In this document: piece after piece, positions 31,392-42,700 of the stretch | Position numbering within the stretch: position 1 is the stretch's first letter | How the letters are laid out: every line of letters begins with the position of its first letter | From: an uncultured Gemmatimonadales bacterium | GTDB taxonomy: Bacteria; Gemmatimonadota; Gemmatimonadetes; Gemmatimonadales; GWC2-71-9 | DNA: 64,000 nt | Direction of reading: 5' to 3' | Assembly (NCBI GenBank): GCA_963798915.1 | Contig: CAWCVB010000002.1 | Span: forward strand, 448,001-512,000 | Made by a program: the position numbers and the translations under genes | Notes under the pieces: model-generated | What the model was told of the DNA's origin: nothing | What the model saw: only the letters and a program-made list of their open reading frames with translations | Databases searched by the model: none

Positions 31392-32663
31392 ATGTATCAG
31401 GCAGGTGGCCCGCTCCACGCCGTCTTCCACGCCAACGCGCAGCTCGCCGCGAGCCGCGGTGAGGAACAGCTCCGCTCCACCGCTCTTGGCGCCTATCTCG
31501 TCATGCGCCTGGTGGCGCGCACCTTGGCGGAAGGCGAGACGGATGGCACCGCGCTGGAGCTGCAGCGCATCAGCACCACTCACTTCGTTGATGGCCTTCC
31601 AACTACCTTGGCGGAGTGCGCCCATCTGCGGCTGCTGCTCACGGCGCTGATGGATGACCCCGATCGAGGACAGCTGCGGCACGCACTCTGGCGCTACGCC
31701 GGATGGCTCGAACGGGAAGGCCGGCTCGACATGGCGCTGGAGTCGCTTCGGCTGGCGGCGCGCACCTGGCGCGGAGAGATTCCGCCGCGAGATTTCACCG
31801 CCCTGGCGCTGGACGTGGGGCGGGTCAATCGGCAACTGGCCCGGCATGACCTTGCCCAGGACGCGTATGCCGCCGCCGCCGAGGGCGCCGCTGCCACCGG
31901 CGACCGGAGCGCACAGTTGCGGGCCAGGCTCGGAACCATCTCGGTCCACCGCCTGCGCGGCGAGATGTCGGGTCTCGATCACGCCCTCCATGCGCTCCTG
32001 CAGGAATGTGAGCTGGACCAGTCGCTGGCAGCGCTGCTGCCGCTGGTGCACGCCGACATCGGGGCGCTCTTCAGCAGCCTGGGCCGGCCGGCCGAGGCAG
32101 TGCGCGCCATGCTCTGCGCTGCCCGGGCCGCAGCGACTGTTCCCGAACGGCTCCAGATACTCGCCGGGCTCGGCCGCATTCTGCTCGAAATCGGCGCTGG
32201 CGACATCGCCCAGTTGTTGCTGCAGCATGTGGCCGCGCACGCCAGCGACCGCTTGCTGCGTGGCTCGGCGGAACTGGAACTGATGGAACTCGCCTCGCTC
32301 GATGGGAATCGCGTCGGGTTTGAGCGGCTGCGGGCCGCGCTCGATCGATCGCTCTGGCGATGGCCGGCCGCCATGCAGGCGGATTTTCACTACCGCTCCG
32401 GCCTCGGCTTCTCCCGCTTTGCGCAACTGGGCCGCGCCGGCCGCAGTTGGGCGGAAGGGCGCGCGGTCGCGGATCGCCATGGCCTGGAGGAATGGACCGG
32501 GTTCTTCCGGCGGGTGGAAGGGTCGCTGGATGGATGCCGCAACGTGACAATTGAACGGCATCGCCCGGCAGGTCTGCGGGTGGACCAGCTGCTCGAAGAC
32601 GTGCAGGCGCTGCTGGCGGTTGGTACTGCGCGCTCCACTGCGCCGGCGGCGAACCGGCCGTGA
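31392..32663 (+). CDS. Hypothetical TPR-like helical protein
   Basis: Ala/Leu helical repeats; start taken at MYQAGG. Confidence 0.65.
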   Translation: MYQAGGPLHAVFHANAQLAASRGEEQLRSTALGAYLVMRLVARTLAEGETDGTALELQRISTTHFVDGLPTTLAECAHLRLLLTALMDDPDRGQLRHALWRYAGWLEREGRLDMALESLRLAARTWRGEIPPRDFTALALDVGRVNRQLARHDLAQDAYAAAAEGAAATGDRSAQLRARLGTISVHRLRGEMSGLDHALHALLQECELDQSLAALLPLVHADIGALFSSLGRPAEAVRAMLCAARAAATVPERLQILAGLGRILLEIGAGDIAQLLLQHVAAHASDRLLRGSAELELMELASLDGNRVGFERLRAALDRSLWRWPAAMQADFHYRSGLGFSRFAQLGRAGRSWAEGRAVADRHGLEEWTGFFRRVEGSLDGCRNVTIERHRPAGLRVDQLLEDVQALLAVGTARSTAPAANRP

Positions 32664-33301
32664 CAGCGACCTCCATGCAACCAGCGTCGGATCCACTGAC
32701 GACCCTGCGGGAGTATCGTGCGCTGGCGCCGTGGGGCCTGAGGGATCTCGCGGCGGTGACCGGCGCCATCCTCGATGTGTCGGGCGTGACGCCGATCAAC
32801 GCCTCGGCCCGCGCGTTGCCGAGCGAGCGCACCATCCGCTTCTATGTCACGCGGCAGCTGGTGGCGCCACCGGAAGGGCGAGGCACGGCGGCAGTGTACA
32901 CCTATCGCCACCTGCTTCAGGTGCTTGCCATCAAGCTCCGCCAGATGGAAGGTGCCACGCTCGAGGCCATCACGACCGAGCTGGGCCACATGACGGGTGA
33001 CATGATCGAACGTCGGGTGGCGCAGGTGCTGGGCACGGCGCTGCCCCCGCCGTCGCGATTGCCCCTGCTGCAGACGCCGGGCACCGGTCGCGGCCGAGTG
33101 GGCCGCGCAGTACAGGGTTGGATTGCACCTCCGCCCAGCGGCGAAGCGGCACGCGGCGTCGCCTGCCGGCGGATCGCCGTGGCACCCGGCGTCGAGCTGC
33201 TGATTGACGAGGAACACCCTGTCGCGCGCCTGCACGGCGGCAGCGAGGCCATCGGTGATGCCGTGCGCCGGGCGCTCACGACACTGATGCCATCACTCTG
33301 A
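32660..33301 (+). CDS. MerR-like HTH protein
   Basis: SERTIRFYVTRQLVAPPEGRG...YTYRHLLQVLAIK. Confidence 0.8.
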   Translation: MTATSMQPASDPLTTLREYRALAPWGLRDLAAVTGAILDVSGVTPINASARALPSERTIRFYVTRQLVAPPEGRGTAAVYTYRHLLQVLAIKLRQMEGATLEAITTELGHMTGDMIERRVAQVLGTALPPPSRLPLLQTPGTGRGRVGRAVQGWIAPPPSGEAARGVACRRIAVAPGVELLIDEEHPVARLHGGSEAIGDAVRRALTTLMPSL

Positions 33302-33323
33302 ACTTCAATCCGGAGCGCACCTG

Positions 33324-33905
33324 ATGGGCGCTGTGATCCTGCTGGTCGTCGTCGTGCTGGTGGTGCTGTGGATGGTGAGCGCCTACAACCGGCTCGTCTC
33401 GCTCAGGAATCAGGTGCTGAATGCCTGGAAGCAGATTGACGTGCAGCTCAAGCGGCGGCATGACCTCATTCCCAACCTGGTCAACACCGTGAAGGGCGCC
33501 ATGGAGTTCGAGCGGGGCACCCTGGAAGCAGTGATCTCGGCTCGGAACCGCGCGGTGGCGGCCACGGGCGTCAAGGAAACGGCGCAGGCAGAAGGAATGC
33601 TGACCCAGGCATTGGGCCGGCTCTTTGCCCTGAGCGAGGCCTACCCCGAGCTCAAGACCAACCAGAACATCCTCTCGCTGCAGGAAGAACTCACCAGCAC
33701 CGAGAACAAGGTGGGGTTTGCCCGCCAGCACTACAATGATGTCGCGACCTCATACAACACGGCGCAGTCCACCTTTCCCACCATGCTGGTCGCCGGCATC
33801 GCCAAGGCCTCGCCCGCCGAACTGTGGGAGCTGGAGAACCCGGCCGAGCGGGAAGTGCCGGCGGTGGATCTCGGCGGAGCGGGAAGGCTGAAGGCGGAAG
33901 GCTGA
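33324..33905 (+). CDS. lemA: LemA family protein
   Basis: AWKQIDVQLKRRHDLIPNLV; EAYPELK. Confidence 0.95.
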   Translation: MGAVILLVVVVLVVLWMVSAYNRLVSLRNQVLNAWKQIDVQLKRRHDLIPNLVNTVKGAMEFERGTLEAVISARNRAVAATGVKETAQAEGMLTQALGRLFALSEAYPELKTNQNILSLQEELTSTENKVGFARQHYNDVATSYNTAQSTFPTMLVAGIAKASPAELWELENPAEREVPAVDLGGAGRLKAEG

Positions 33906-34004
33906 GCGCTGTGAGCTATGCGCTATGAGCTATGCGCTATGAGCTTTGATCTAAGCGGCACGAGCGATGAGCTCCCAGCGCACAGCGCATAGCTCACAGC
34001 GTCA

Positions 34005-35021
34005 ATGACCGACACCAACTTCCTCGAGCAGCAAGCCCAGAACCGCCGCCGCTCGCAGTGGCTGGTGGCGGGCTTCGTACTCTTTTTTGCCTGGGTAGGC
34101 TTCGGCGGTGACATCGCCTTCGGCCTGCTCACCGCGCATGGCCCGCCCGACGCCTATCATCACGTGATCCCGATCATCGGCATCGTCAGCACGCTGCTCG
34201 CCATCGGCGTCTGCTGGCATGCCCGGCATGGCGGCGCCGAGCGGGTGTTGTGGGCCGCGGGCGCGTGGGAGATCATCGAGCCGGCCACGCCGGAGCAGAA
34301 GCAGTATGTCAACGTGGTCGAGGAAATGGCGATCGCCGCCGGCGTTCCCCGGCCCCGGATCTGGATCGTGCCGGACGAGGATCCCAACGCCTTCGCGACC
34401 GGCCTCGATCAGGCGCATGCCAATATCGCGGCGACGGACGGGCTGCTGGAGCTGCTCACGCGCGACGAGCTGCAGGGCGTCGTGGCCCACGAGATGGCGC
34501 ACATCCAGAATGAGGACACCCGGCTGATGACCCTGCTCGCCGGCATGGTCGGCGCCATTCTCCTCGTCTCCGACGGGAGCCGCCGCTTGTTGCGGGGCGG
34601 GCGACTGGGTGGCAGGAAGGGAGGGGGTGGCAAGAGCGGAGCAGCCGGGATGGTGCTGCTCGTGCTCTGGCTCCTGACCCTCATCGTTGCCCCGCTGATC
34701 ACCCGGATCCTGGCCATGTCGGTGAGCCGGAAACGGGAATACCTGGCCGATGCCACCGGCGCGCAGTTGACGCGCAATCCGCTGGCGCTTGCGTCGGCGC
34801 TGGAGAAGCTGGAATCGGCAACACCGGCGACGCGCTCTATCGGGCGGGGAGCTGCGCACCTCTGCATCGTGGACCCGGGTGAACGATCCATCAGTGATGT
34901 GGAAGGGCTGGTGGGCGATGTGTTCGCGTCGCACCCGCCGATCAGGCAGCGGATCATACGGCTGAAGGGGATGGGATTTGCGATGGAGAAAGAGGGACGA
35001 GAGACGACCGGTGCGGCGTGA
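34005..35021 (+). CDS. htpX: M48 zinc metalloprotease HtpX
   Basis: PNAFATG; AHEMAH; SRKREYLAD; FASHPP. Confidence 0.92.
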   Translation: MTDTNFLEQQAQNRRRSQWLVAGFVLFFAWVGFGGDIAFGLLTAHGPPDAYHHVIPIIGIVSTLLAIGVCWHARHGGAERVLWAAGAWEIIEPATPEQKQYVNVVEEMAIAAGVPRPRIWIVPDEDPNAFATGLDQAHANIAATDGLLELLTRDELQGVVAHEMAHIQNEDTRLMTLLAGMVGAILLVSDGSRRLLRGGRLGGRKGGGGKSGAAGMVLLVLWLLTLIVAPLITRILAMSVSRKREYLADATGAQLTRNPLALASALEKLESATPATRSIGRGAAHLCIVDPGERSISDVEGLVGDVFASHPPIRQRIIRLKGMGFAMEKEGRETTGAA

Positions 35022-35039
35022 GGCCGGCACGCCGCCAGA

Positions 35040-35836
35040 CGCGATGTACGGTCATGTGGTTGATCCCCAGCTGGGCTGCCGCCCGGCGGCCCTCGATGCC
35101 ACGCTGGCGCGCTTGTACCTGAGCGGGGCCAGCACCCGCGGCGCTCGCTCGCCGCGGAGCCGATCGCGTACCTGTACCTCGATGGCCAGCGGCACCGGGT
35201 GCTGGCCGCAGGGCATATGGCCTGGTGCGCGGTGCTGATGGCGCTGGGCGTGCGCGAGACGGGGGAGAAGGTGGTGCTGGCGCTCCGCTTCGGGGGGGGG
35301 CGAGCAGACGGCCGCGTGGCAGCAGCTGTTCGAGGATCTCACGACGCGCTGCCTGGTGCACGAGCTGCGGAACCTGGTGGCGTATCTCCCGCGGTCCCTG
35401 CGCGCGGCGGTGGTGCGGGACTTCCAGCGGATCACCACGGCAACGAGCGCGGCGGCTGTACACGCGGCGCTCGCGGCGTTTCGCCGGACGTGGGGGCCGA
35501 AGTGGAATGCCGTGGTGGTGTCGCTCGACGAGGCGGGGACGGGCCTCACGGCCTTCACCGCGTTTCCGCCCGCGCAGTCGCGCGGCCTGCGCACCACCAA
35601 CGCGATCGAACGGATCTTCGGTGAGTTCCGGCGCCGCACCAAGACCCAGGGCGCGTTCCCGATCCCGGAGGCGATGCTCACCGTGTTGTGGGGGACGCTG
35701 GCGACGGGCGGCATTCGGCTGCGGAAGCTGCACGGCTACAGGACGATGACGGACCAGACGCGGCGGCGCGCGGCGTAACCGGGGAACACCGACCGGATCA
35801 CCCGAACCAATTTCTACAGCTTGCGGGACACAACCC
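35040..35836 (+). mobile_element. Decayed IS256-family element (deleted and frameshifted transposase, one end retained)
   Basis: Fragments LYLSGASTR, YLYLDG, LGVRETGEKVVLAL, CLVHELRNL, LRTTNAIERIFGEFRRRTK in different frames; end TTTCTACAGCTTGCGGGACACAACCC at 35811-35836. Confidence 0.85.
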
Positions 35837-35977
35837 TTCTCCCTTCACCGCACAAAAACGCAGCTGGAACTCGATCCGCTGGCCGCCATTCACCAAGGCT
35901 TGTTTTCGGCTTGGGCTCTTCCATCCACTCCATTGCCCGCGTCTCTTTCCGTACCTAAATACTGGCCGAGTTAACCA

Positions 35978-36727
35978 CTATTCGCTCGGGTTCGGGATGA
36001 CATGTTTGTCCCACCCGTCACTGTGCAGCTCCCGCTGACCGCCTGAGCCAGCGCGAAGCGCCCAAGGCGTTGCGCGTCGAACCATTCGCCGAGTCCTCCG
36101 GGATGGACTGCGCTCCTGACGGACGCTGAACATCACGACTCCCTGATCGTTCAGGTTAAGGTTCACGCTCGTAAGCACGTTCAAGGGTTCCGTTGGGACG
36201 GAAGGTGCGATATAGAAAACATGTACTGAGCCGCTGCGCACATCCCGGACTTCAACAGCGTAGTTTCTCAGCGCGTCGCGAAGAAACGCTACCACATCAT
36301 CAAGCGTGCCCATAGCAAACCAAAGCGCCGCTCGCTGAAGCATGGATTCTGCTGCGACGTGGAAGACCGAACCCGGCGGCAAGGGGATTTCAGTTCGCGG
36401 CCAGTGTCCTACGGCGCCGGGCAGCACTGCTAGCCGATCGCCTGACGGAGAAACCGCTTCGGGTGGAGTGGCGCGCGTCAGCGTCTGCAAACCGAGCCCT
36501 TTGATGACAACTTGACCCAGAAATACGATCTGATCGAGCCATCCGAAAGCGATTTGCGCGGCTCGTGACCTTATCAGCTGTGGGGCACCCGTGTTCACGA
36601 CCGCCTCTAAGACGGACGATGGCACTGGAAGTTTACCATTGCCTGGTTCACTCGCCATGCACGACCCGATACAGTGCGGCGATTTGGCTTCCATCCTCCG
36701 CCTCGTCGATTCCGTAGACCAGATCAT
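35978..36727 (-). CDS. Hypothetical protein in a lower-GC accessory patch, possibly a remnant
   Basis: Long ORF with atypical codon usage next to the IS256 end. Confidence 0.4.
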   Translation of the reverse strand: MIWSTESTRRRMEAKSPHCIGSCMASEPGNGKLPVPSSVLEAVVNTGAPQLIRSRAAQIAFGWLDQIVFLGQVVIKGLGLQTLTRATPPEAVSPSGDRLAVLPGAVGHWPRTEIPLPPGSVFHVAAESMLQRAALWFAMGTLDDVVAFLRDALRNYAVEVRDVRSGSVHVFYIAPSVPTEPLNVLTSVNLNLNDQGVVMFSVRQERSPSRRTRRMVRRATPWALRAGSGGQRELHSDGWDKHVIPNPSE

Positions 36728-37128
36728 CGCGAATCCATGTGATCAGAAGACTCGCGGGAGCCAAGACCGTTGCTTCATACCTGCCCTGAATGGAATACAT
36801 CTCCCATCGTGGAGATCCCACATGTCTCGCAGTCAGCTCCGTGACCCCGTTTCGCCGGAGGTCGTCCGCCACGGCGCTTCGTTGAATCCAGGTCCGCTCG
36901 CCGCCGTCACTGATGACGCGGGGGTAGAGGGGATAGTGGTCGGCAACGGCAATACTTCCGCGCATTTGGTCCAGCCGCCCAAGGATCTACTGGTCCGGAT
37001 CCCGACGCTGGTGAGCAGATCCCTCGCGTTGCTCGGGATGACAGACTCTCTCGACGACCGACGACCGACGACCGACGACCGACGACCGACGACCGACGAC
37101 TACCTGCCCGCCTTGCCCGCCTTGCCGT

Positions 37129-38160
37129 CTAGCCCATCTCCGCCAGCTGCCGTCCCAGCGCCGCCGGATCGAAGGGCACCCGCACTACCAGGTCCGCGCC
37201 GGTCTCCTCTTCCGCCACATCGTCGCCCGCAAAGGCCAGTACGCTGTAGTGACGCTCGCCGGCGGCGGGCAGCCCGGCGTTCGGGGCCTCGCGCGTGGCG
37301 GTGAACATCACCAGGGAAATATCGTGGCCTGCGGCGGCCCCGGGGAGTTCCGACATCGTGTGGCAGCGCCGCACGCTCCAGCCGGCCTGCCGCCCCAGCA
37401 GCGACGCGATGCGGGCCAGGGCCTCATCGGGCAGGTAGAGCAGCGCGGCCCCGCGCGCCAGCGCGGGCACGCCCGGCGGCGGAGTGGATCCGCCGGAGAG
37501 TGCGATCATGCGGAGATCACCGGCATAGGCCGCGCTGCGTGCGTCGCTGAGCGAGCCGATCCTCTTGACGATGTCGCGGATGCGCGCGAGCGCCACGCGG
37601 ACTTCGTTCAGGCCCTCGCGCTGCGCCGGATTCAATGCGTCGTCGTCGGCGAGCAGCAAATCCACCTCCGCCGAGGCCGCCATGAGCGGGTTGTTGATCT
37701 CATGGTGGAGTGTGACCGTCATCTCGCCCATGACTGCCCGGCGTTCGGCCTGCAGCCGCTCCTCCTCCGCCACGCGCAGTGCCCGCTTCAGGGCACGCTC
37801 CCGCCGCACCCGCTCCAGCACGTTGGGCAGCAGGTTCGGCAGGGTGCCGTCCTTGACCAGGTAGTCGTCGGCGCCGCGCCGCAGCGATTCCGCCGCCAGT
37901 GCCTCATTGCCATGGGCCGTGATCATGACCACGCTGGGTCCGTCCGGCCGGTCGCGCAGCGAGCGCAGGACATTGACGCCGTCCAGATCGGGCAGCTGGT
38001 GATCCAGCAGCACCACATCCGCCGCGTCCGCCTGGGCCAGTGCCTTGTCGGCCGTGGTTACATGCGCCACGCTCGAGACGCCGGCATTCCGGAGCACGGC
38101 ATCCAGCAGCCGGGTGATCGCCGGATCGTCGTCCACGATCAGGACCCGCAATTCATCCAC
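37129..38160 (-). CDS. Response regulator: REC + HisKA dimerisation domain + degenerate REC
   Basis: VLIVDDD, LLDHQLPDLDG, TLHHEINNPL; no N/G1/G2 ATPase boxes. Confidence 0.85.
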   Translation of the reverse strand: MDELRVLIVDDDPAITRLLDAVLRNAGVSSVAHVTTADKALAQADAADVVLLDHQLPDLDGVNVLRSLRDRPDGPSVVMITAHGNEALAAESLRRGADDYLVKDGTLPNLLPNVLERVRRERALKRALRVAEEERLQAERRAVMGEMTVTLHHEINNPLMAASAEVDLLLADDDALNPAQREGLNEVRVALARIRDIVKRIGSLSDARSAAYAGDLRMIALSGGSTPPPGVPALARGAALLYLPDEALARIASLLGRQAGWSVRRCHTMSELPGAAAGHDISLVMFTATREAPNAGLPAAGERHYSVLAFAGDDVAEEETGADLVVRVPFDPAALGRQLAEMG

Positions 38161-39715
38161 TGGTCGTCACCTCCCGTGCGCCGAAGCCGACGCGGGCAAA
38201 CTTCTCCCAGCCGGTCTTGCCGCGCCAGGCGTCCCAGAGGCCCCGCAGCCGCCAGTAGACGGTGAGCTGGCGGAAGCCAAGGTTTTCCATGATGGCGTAG
38301 GCGAGCAGGATGAAGACGTCGCGCCGGCGCTCGAACGGCAGCAGCCCGCGCTGCAGCCGGTCCGCCAGCCCGATCCGGAACTTCCAGGCGCCGACCAGCA
38401 CGGCAAAGATATTCACCAGGATGCCGTAGCCGAGCGAGGCAAGCAGGAAGGCCCACGCATAGCTCCGGTTGATGACGTGGAAGCCCAGCAGTTGTTCGGC
38501 CAGCAGAAAGAGGATAATGAACACGTAGCCCGAGAACTCGATGATCGGGCCCCAGTACTCGAAGAACCAGAAGCTCGGCAGCGCAAACCAGCCGATCCGG
38601 CCGTACTTCTTCCGGAACAGCATTTCCCGATGGTAGAGCAGCGACTCGCGCAGGCCGCGATGCCAGCGGCCCCGCTGCTTGCGCAACGAGGCGAGCGACT
38701 CGGGCACCTCGGTCCACGCGACCGGATGTGGCAGGAAGGCGATCCGCTTGTTCTGCAGCTTGTCCCGGAGGAATCGGTGCAGCCGGACAATGATCTCCAT
38801 GTCCTCGCACACCGCGGTGCGCTGCTCGCCGATGTATTCACGCACCACCCGGCTGTTGACGAAGGGCGTCAGGTAGCCGCCGGCCCGGATGACGATCTCC
38901 TTCTCGAACACGGCAAAGACGCCCGACAGGATCAGCACGCTGTCGATCCGGTCGAGCCCGGTGCGCCCGGTGGTGAAGGAGCGGAGGTACTCCACCATCT
39001 GGAACCGCGCGAGGTCGTGGGTGGGCAGCCCCACCCGGACCACGCGGCTCTGCTCGATGGTGCAGCCATTCGCGATCGCGACCTGGCCCCCGACGGCGGC
39101 CACGCGCGGGTCCTCCTGGACGACCCGCATCAGCTCCTTGAGCGCCCGCGGGTCCAGGATCGAGTCGGCGTCGAGCGAGACGAAGTACGGAGCGGTCGAG
39201 GCGTTGATGCCCGCGTTCAGCGCATCGGCCTTGCCGCCATTGGTCTTGTCGATCACGATCACGTGCATGACCGAGGCCGGCAGCGGGATCGTGGCTTCAT
39301 ACAGGGCATGGACCGGCGCCGTGCCGATCGCCTCGCGGTAGGGCAGGTCGGTGCGCCGCAGCTTGAGGGCGGACTTGAGGTGGTCGAGTGTGCCATCGGT
39401 CGAGCCGTCGTTGACGATGACCACTTCGAATCGCGGATAGTCGCACTGCACCAGGCTCATGACGCTGTCCACGATCGTCACGTCTTCGTTGAACGCCGGG
39501 ATGATCATCGTCAGCGGCTTGGTGTAGACGCTGTCATCGATCAGGTCGAGGTCACCCACGAAATGGCCGGCCACCCGTCGCCGCACCACGCGCGCCGACA
39601 GGCCGATCAGGAGCAGCTGGTAGCTGTTGTAGACCACAAAGTACGCGAGGAAGAACGGCTGCAGGAACAGCGCGAGGAAGAGGAAACTGTTGACCAGGAC
39701 GTCCCTCACCGGCAC
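38153..39715 (-). CDS. Membrane GT2 glycosyltransferase (PNAG/cellulose synthase-like)
   Basis: IPAFNE, NDGSTD, NGGKADALN, DADS, EDMEI, QRGRW. Confidence 0.93.
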   Translation of the reverse strand: MPVRDVLVNSFLFLALFLQPFFLAYFVVYNSYQLLLIGLSARVVRRRVAGHFVGDLDLIDDSVYTKPLTMIIPAFNEDVTIVDSVMSLVQCDYPRFEVVIVNDGSTDGTLDHLKSALKLRRTDLPYREAIGTAPVHALYEATIPLPASVMHVIVIDKTNGGKADALNAGINASTAPYFVSLDADSILDPRALKELMRVVQEDPRVAAVGGQVAIANGCTIEQSRVVRVGLPTHDLARFQMVEYLRSFTTGRTGLDRIDSVLILSGVFAVFEKEIVIRAGGYLTPFVNSRVVREYIGEQRTAVCEDMEIIVRLHRFLRDKLQNKRIAFLPHPVAWTEVPESLASLRKQRGRWHRGLRESLLYHREMLFRKKYGRIGWFALPSFWFFEYWGPIIEFSGYVFIILFLLAEQLLGFHVINRSYAWAFLLASLGYGILVNIFAVLVGAWKFRIGLADRLQRGLLPFERRRDVFILLAYAIMENLGFRQLTVYWRLRGLWDAWRGKTGWEKFARVGFGAREVTTSG

Positions 39716-42700
39716 CGCTCCCGCATGGCGCGGACCGCAGCGCGGACCGCCGGCACCGGGTCGGACTCCTCGACTTCCAGGGCCACCTGGTCGCGGACCA
39801 GCACCAGCAGCAATGCTGCCGCCTGGCGATGCCGCTCATCGGGCGAGGTGCGGACCGTTTCCCGGAGTTCGTCGAGGTGATTGGAGTCCATCACCGCACC
39901 GGCTGCTTCCGCGGGTGCGACATCGCTGGGCAGCATCGTCAGCTCGCCGCGGCTGATGCCGGTGACGGCGGCAGCGGCGCGAACTCGTGGCTCGGGGTCG
40001 CCAAGCAGGCGCGGCAGAATGCCCTGGCCCGGGACGGTGCGCAGCAGCATGGCCAGTTCCCGGCGCACGCCGGCGTCAGGATCGTCGGCCAGCGAGTGCA
40101 GCGGCACCTCGAAGCCACCCGCCGCAGCCGCGTGGGCGGCCGCCATCCGCACGCTGGTCACCGGGTCGGCCACCAGGCCCTGCAGCACTGACTCGGTGGC
40201 GAGTTCAGTGCGGACGGCGATCAGCTTGGCCAGCCCCTCCCGCACGGCAGGCTCAGCGCTTCGCGCCAGCGGCACGATCAATCGCTCCAGCGCCGGATGC
40301 GTGATGTAGCGGGCCACCTGGGTGACCACCACGGCCTCGCGGCCGCTGGAGCCCGAGCCCAGCGCAAGGTCCATGAACGCATCCCAGCCCTGTTGCGCCT
40401 GGACCGCGACATGACGCAGCACTGACGGATCATCGTCGGCCCGCACGGTGGCCAGGAGGGCGGGAAGGGCATCGCTTGCGGGAAGGTGTTCGAACAGGGC
40501 CACCGCGGTGCGGCGGACGGCGAGACTGGGATCGCCCAGCGCGCGCCTCGCCACCACGCCCAGCTGTTCCGCGTCCAGCATCCCGGCCACTGCCTCGAGC
40601 GCGGCGGCGCGGACATCGGGACTGGGATCACCTCGTACCACCTGCAGCAGCGTGCTGCGGCTCCGGTCACCCTGAAAGGCGCGGAGGCCTGCCACCACAC
40701 GGCGGCGCTCCGCCGGATCCAGCACGCTGCGCATGCCCTCGGTCAGTTCCTCTTCCATCTGGGTGCGGGTCAGCGAAGCCAGCGCGCGTAGTTCGAGACT
40801 GTGCGACTGCCGCAGCCGCATGCCGAGCAGGCGGAACTCGGCGTCGCTTCGGAGCCGGGCCTGGAGGAATGCGCGCACCGCCGCGTCGTCCTGCATGCTC
40901 GCCACCCGGCCCGCGACGCTCTCGTCACCCAGCGCACCGAGGGCCAGCACCGCGGCAGCCCGCACCTCGACCGGTGCCTCCTGGGCACAGGCCCGCAGCA
41001 GCTGGCTGCGGGCCGACTCGATGCCCAAGATGCCCGCCGCCAGCGCGGCGCGGGCCCGCACCCCGTCCGACGGATCATGTGCCAGGAGCGCGATGATGCG
41101 CTCTGCCTGGGACGTGTCACCGAGCCGGATAGTGGCATTCAGCGCCCCCACCCGGACCGCCTCGTCGGGATCGGCCAGCCCATCGCTGGCCAGCGCCGCC
41201 GCCTTGGGGCTCCGGTGCCGTCCGAGACTGGCGATGGACTCTGCCCGCACCGCCGGATCGGGATCGCGGGCCATCTGCACCAGCGCATCATCGGCACCGT
41301 CGGAGGCAGCATCGGCCAGGGCGCGAGCGAAGGCCAGGCGGACGCCGGGGCCGGCCTTTTCCGCCACCAGCGCCTGGTGCAGGTCGCCAATGCGACCCGC
41401 GTCGAGCGCCGCGATGGCCGCCGTCACCGCGCTCCGTACCTCGGCCGAACCACCGGAGAAGGCCCTGAGCAGCGATGGCACGGCGGCGCGGTCACCCATG
41501 CGTCCCAGTGCTTCGGCGGCGGCGGCCCGCACCCGGTCGTCGGAATCAGTGAGCCGCTCAACCAGCGCGGGCGAAAGGCTGTTGAGCCCAGCCGTCGCGG
41601 CGGCTTCGGCCGCCGCATGGCGCACCGAGCCGGCCGGATCAGTGAGCAGCCGTGTGAGCTCCGGTGCTGCATCGGTGGCGCCGAGGAGCCCGAGCGCGCG
41701 GGCCACCGCGGCCCGCACGCCGATCTCCGGATCGGACACCATGGTCCGCAGGTCCATCGTCACGGCGGCGCCGCCCAGGTCGCCGAGCAGGTGCACTGCC
41801 TCGGTGCGCACCGATTCGTCGCTGTCGCCGATGGCGATCAACGCGACGGGCACCGCTTCGCGCTGGCCCAGGGAGCGCAACGTATCGAACGCGGCGGCGC
41901 GCACGGTGGGATCGGCATCCTGTGCACCGAGGATCAGCTCGCGTGCGAGGTCGCGCCGGCCGGTTCGCCGGATGGCCGCCACCACGGCGAGCCTGACGGC
42001 ACGCGAGGGATGGAGCAGCAGCTCGGCGAGGAGCTCGCGAGCGCCGGCCACCGCAAACTTGGTGAGGATCTCGCGTGCCTGCTCGGGCCGATCGTTCTCC
42101 TCGATCATCTTGACCGTGCGTGCCGGGACGCCCAGGCGCTCCAGGGCGACCGCGGACCGGATGCGGAGTTCGGGATCGGGATCGTCGAGCGCCACCAGCA
42201 GCGGCCCTTCGGCCTGGTCGCCGATCTGCTCCAGTGCCTCGACGCTTCGCATCCGGACCCACCACGCCGGATCGCCAAGCGAACGCACCAGGCGCTCGAT
42301 TACTTCGGGGTCATCAAATTGCCCCAGCGCGCCGGCGATGCGGGCACGGACAAAGGGTGCGGGGTCGGTAAGCAGATGCTCGAGCAGGTAGGGCGTCGCA
42401 CGGCGGTCGCCGAGCCGGCCGAGGGCGTAGGCGGCCTTGGCGCGAACTTCATCCTCGAGGTCGCCCAAGGCCCGGATCAGCGCCGGGAAAGCGCGATGAG
42501 CACGCACCTCTCCGAGGACACTGGCCGCCCAGGCCCGCGCGTGGTGCCGGCCGCCCTGCTCCAGGAAGTCGATCATCGGCTCGACCACCTGCTCGCCATG
42601 CCGGGTGAGAATGTCCGCCACGCGTGGTGCCAGCCAGACTTCGGCATTCCGGAGCGCGTCCACCAGCGGACCGACCGCACGCGGGTCGGCGATCCGCGCC

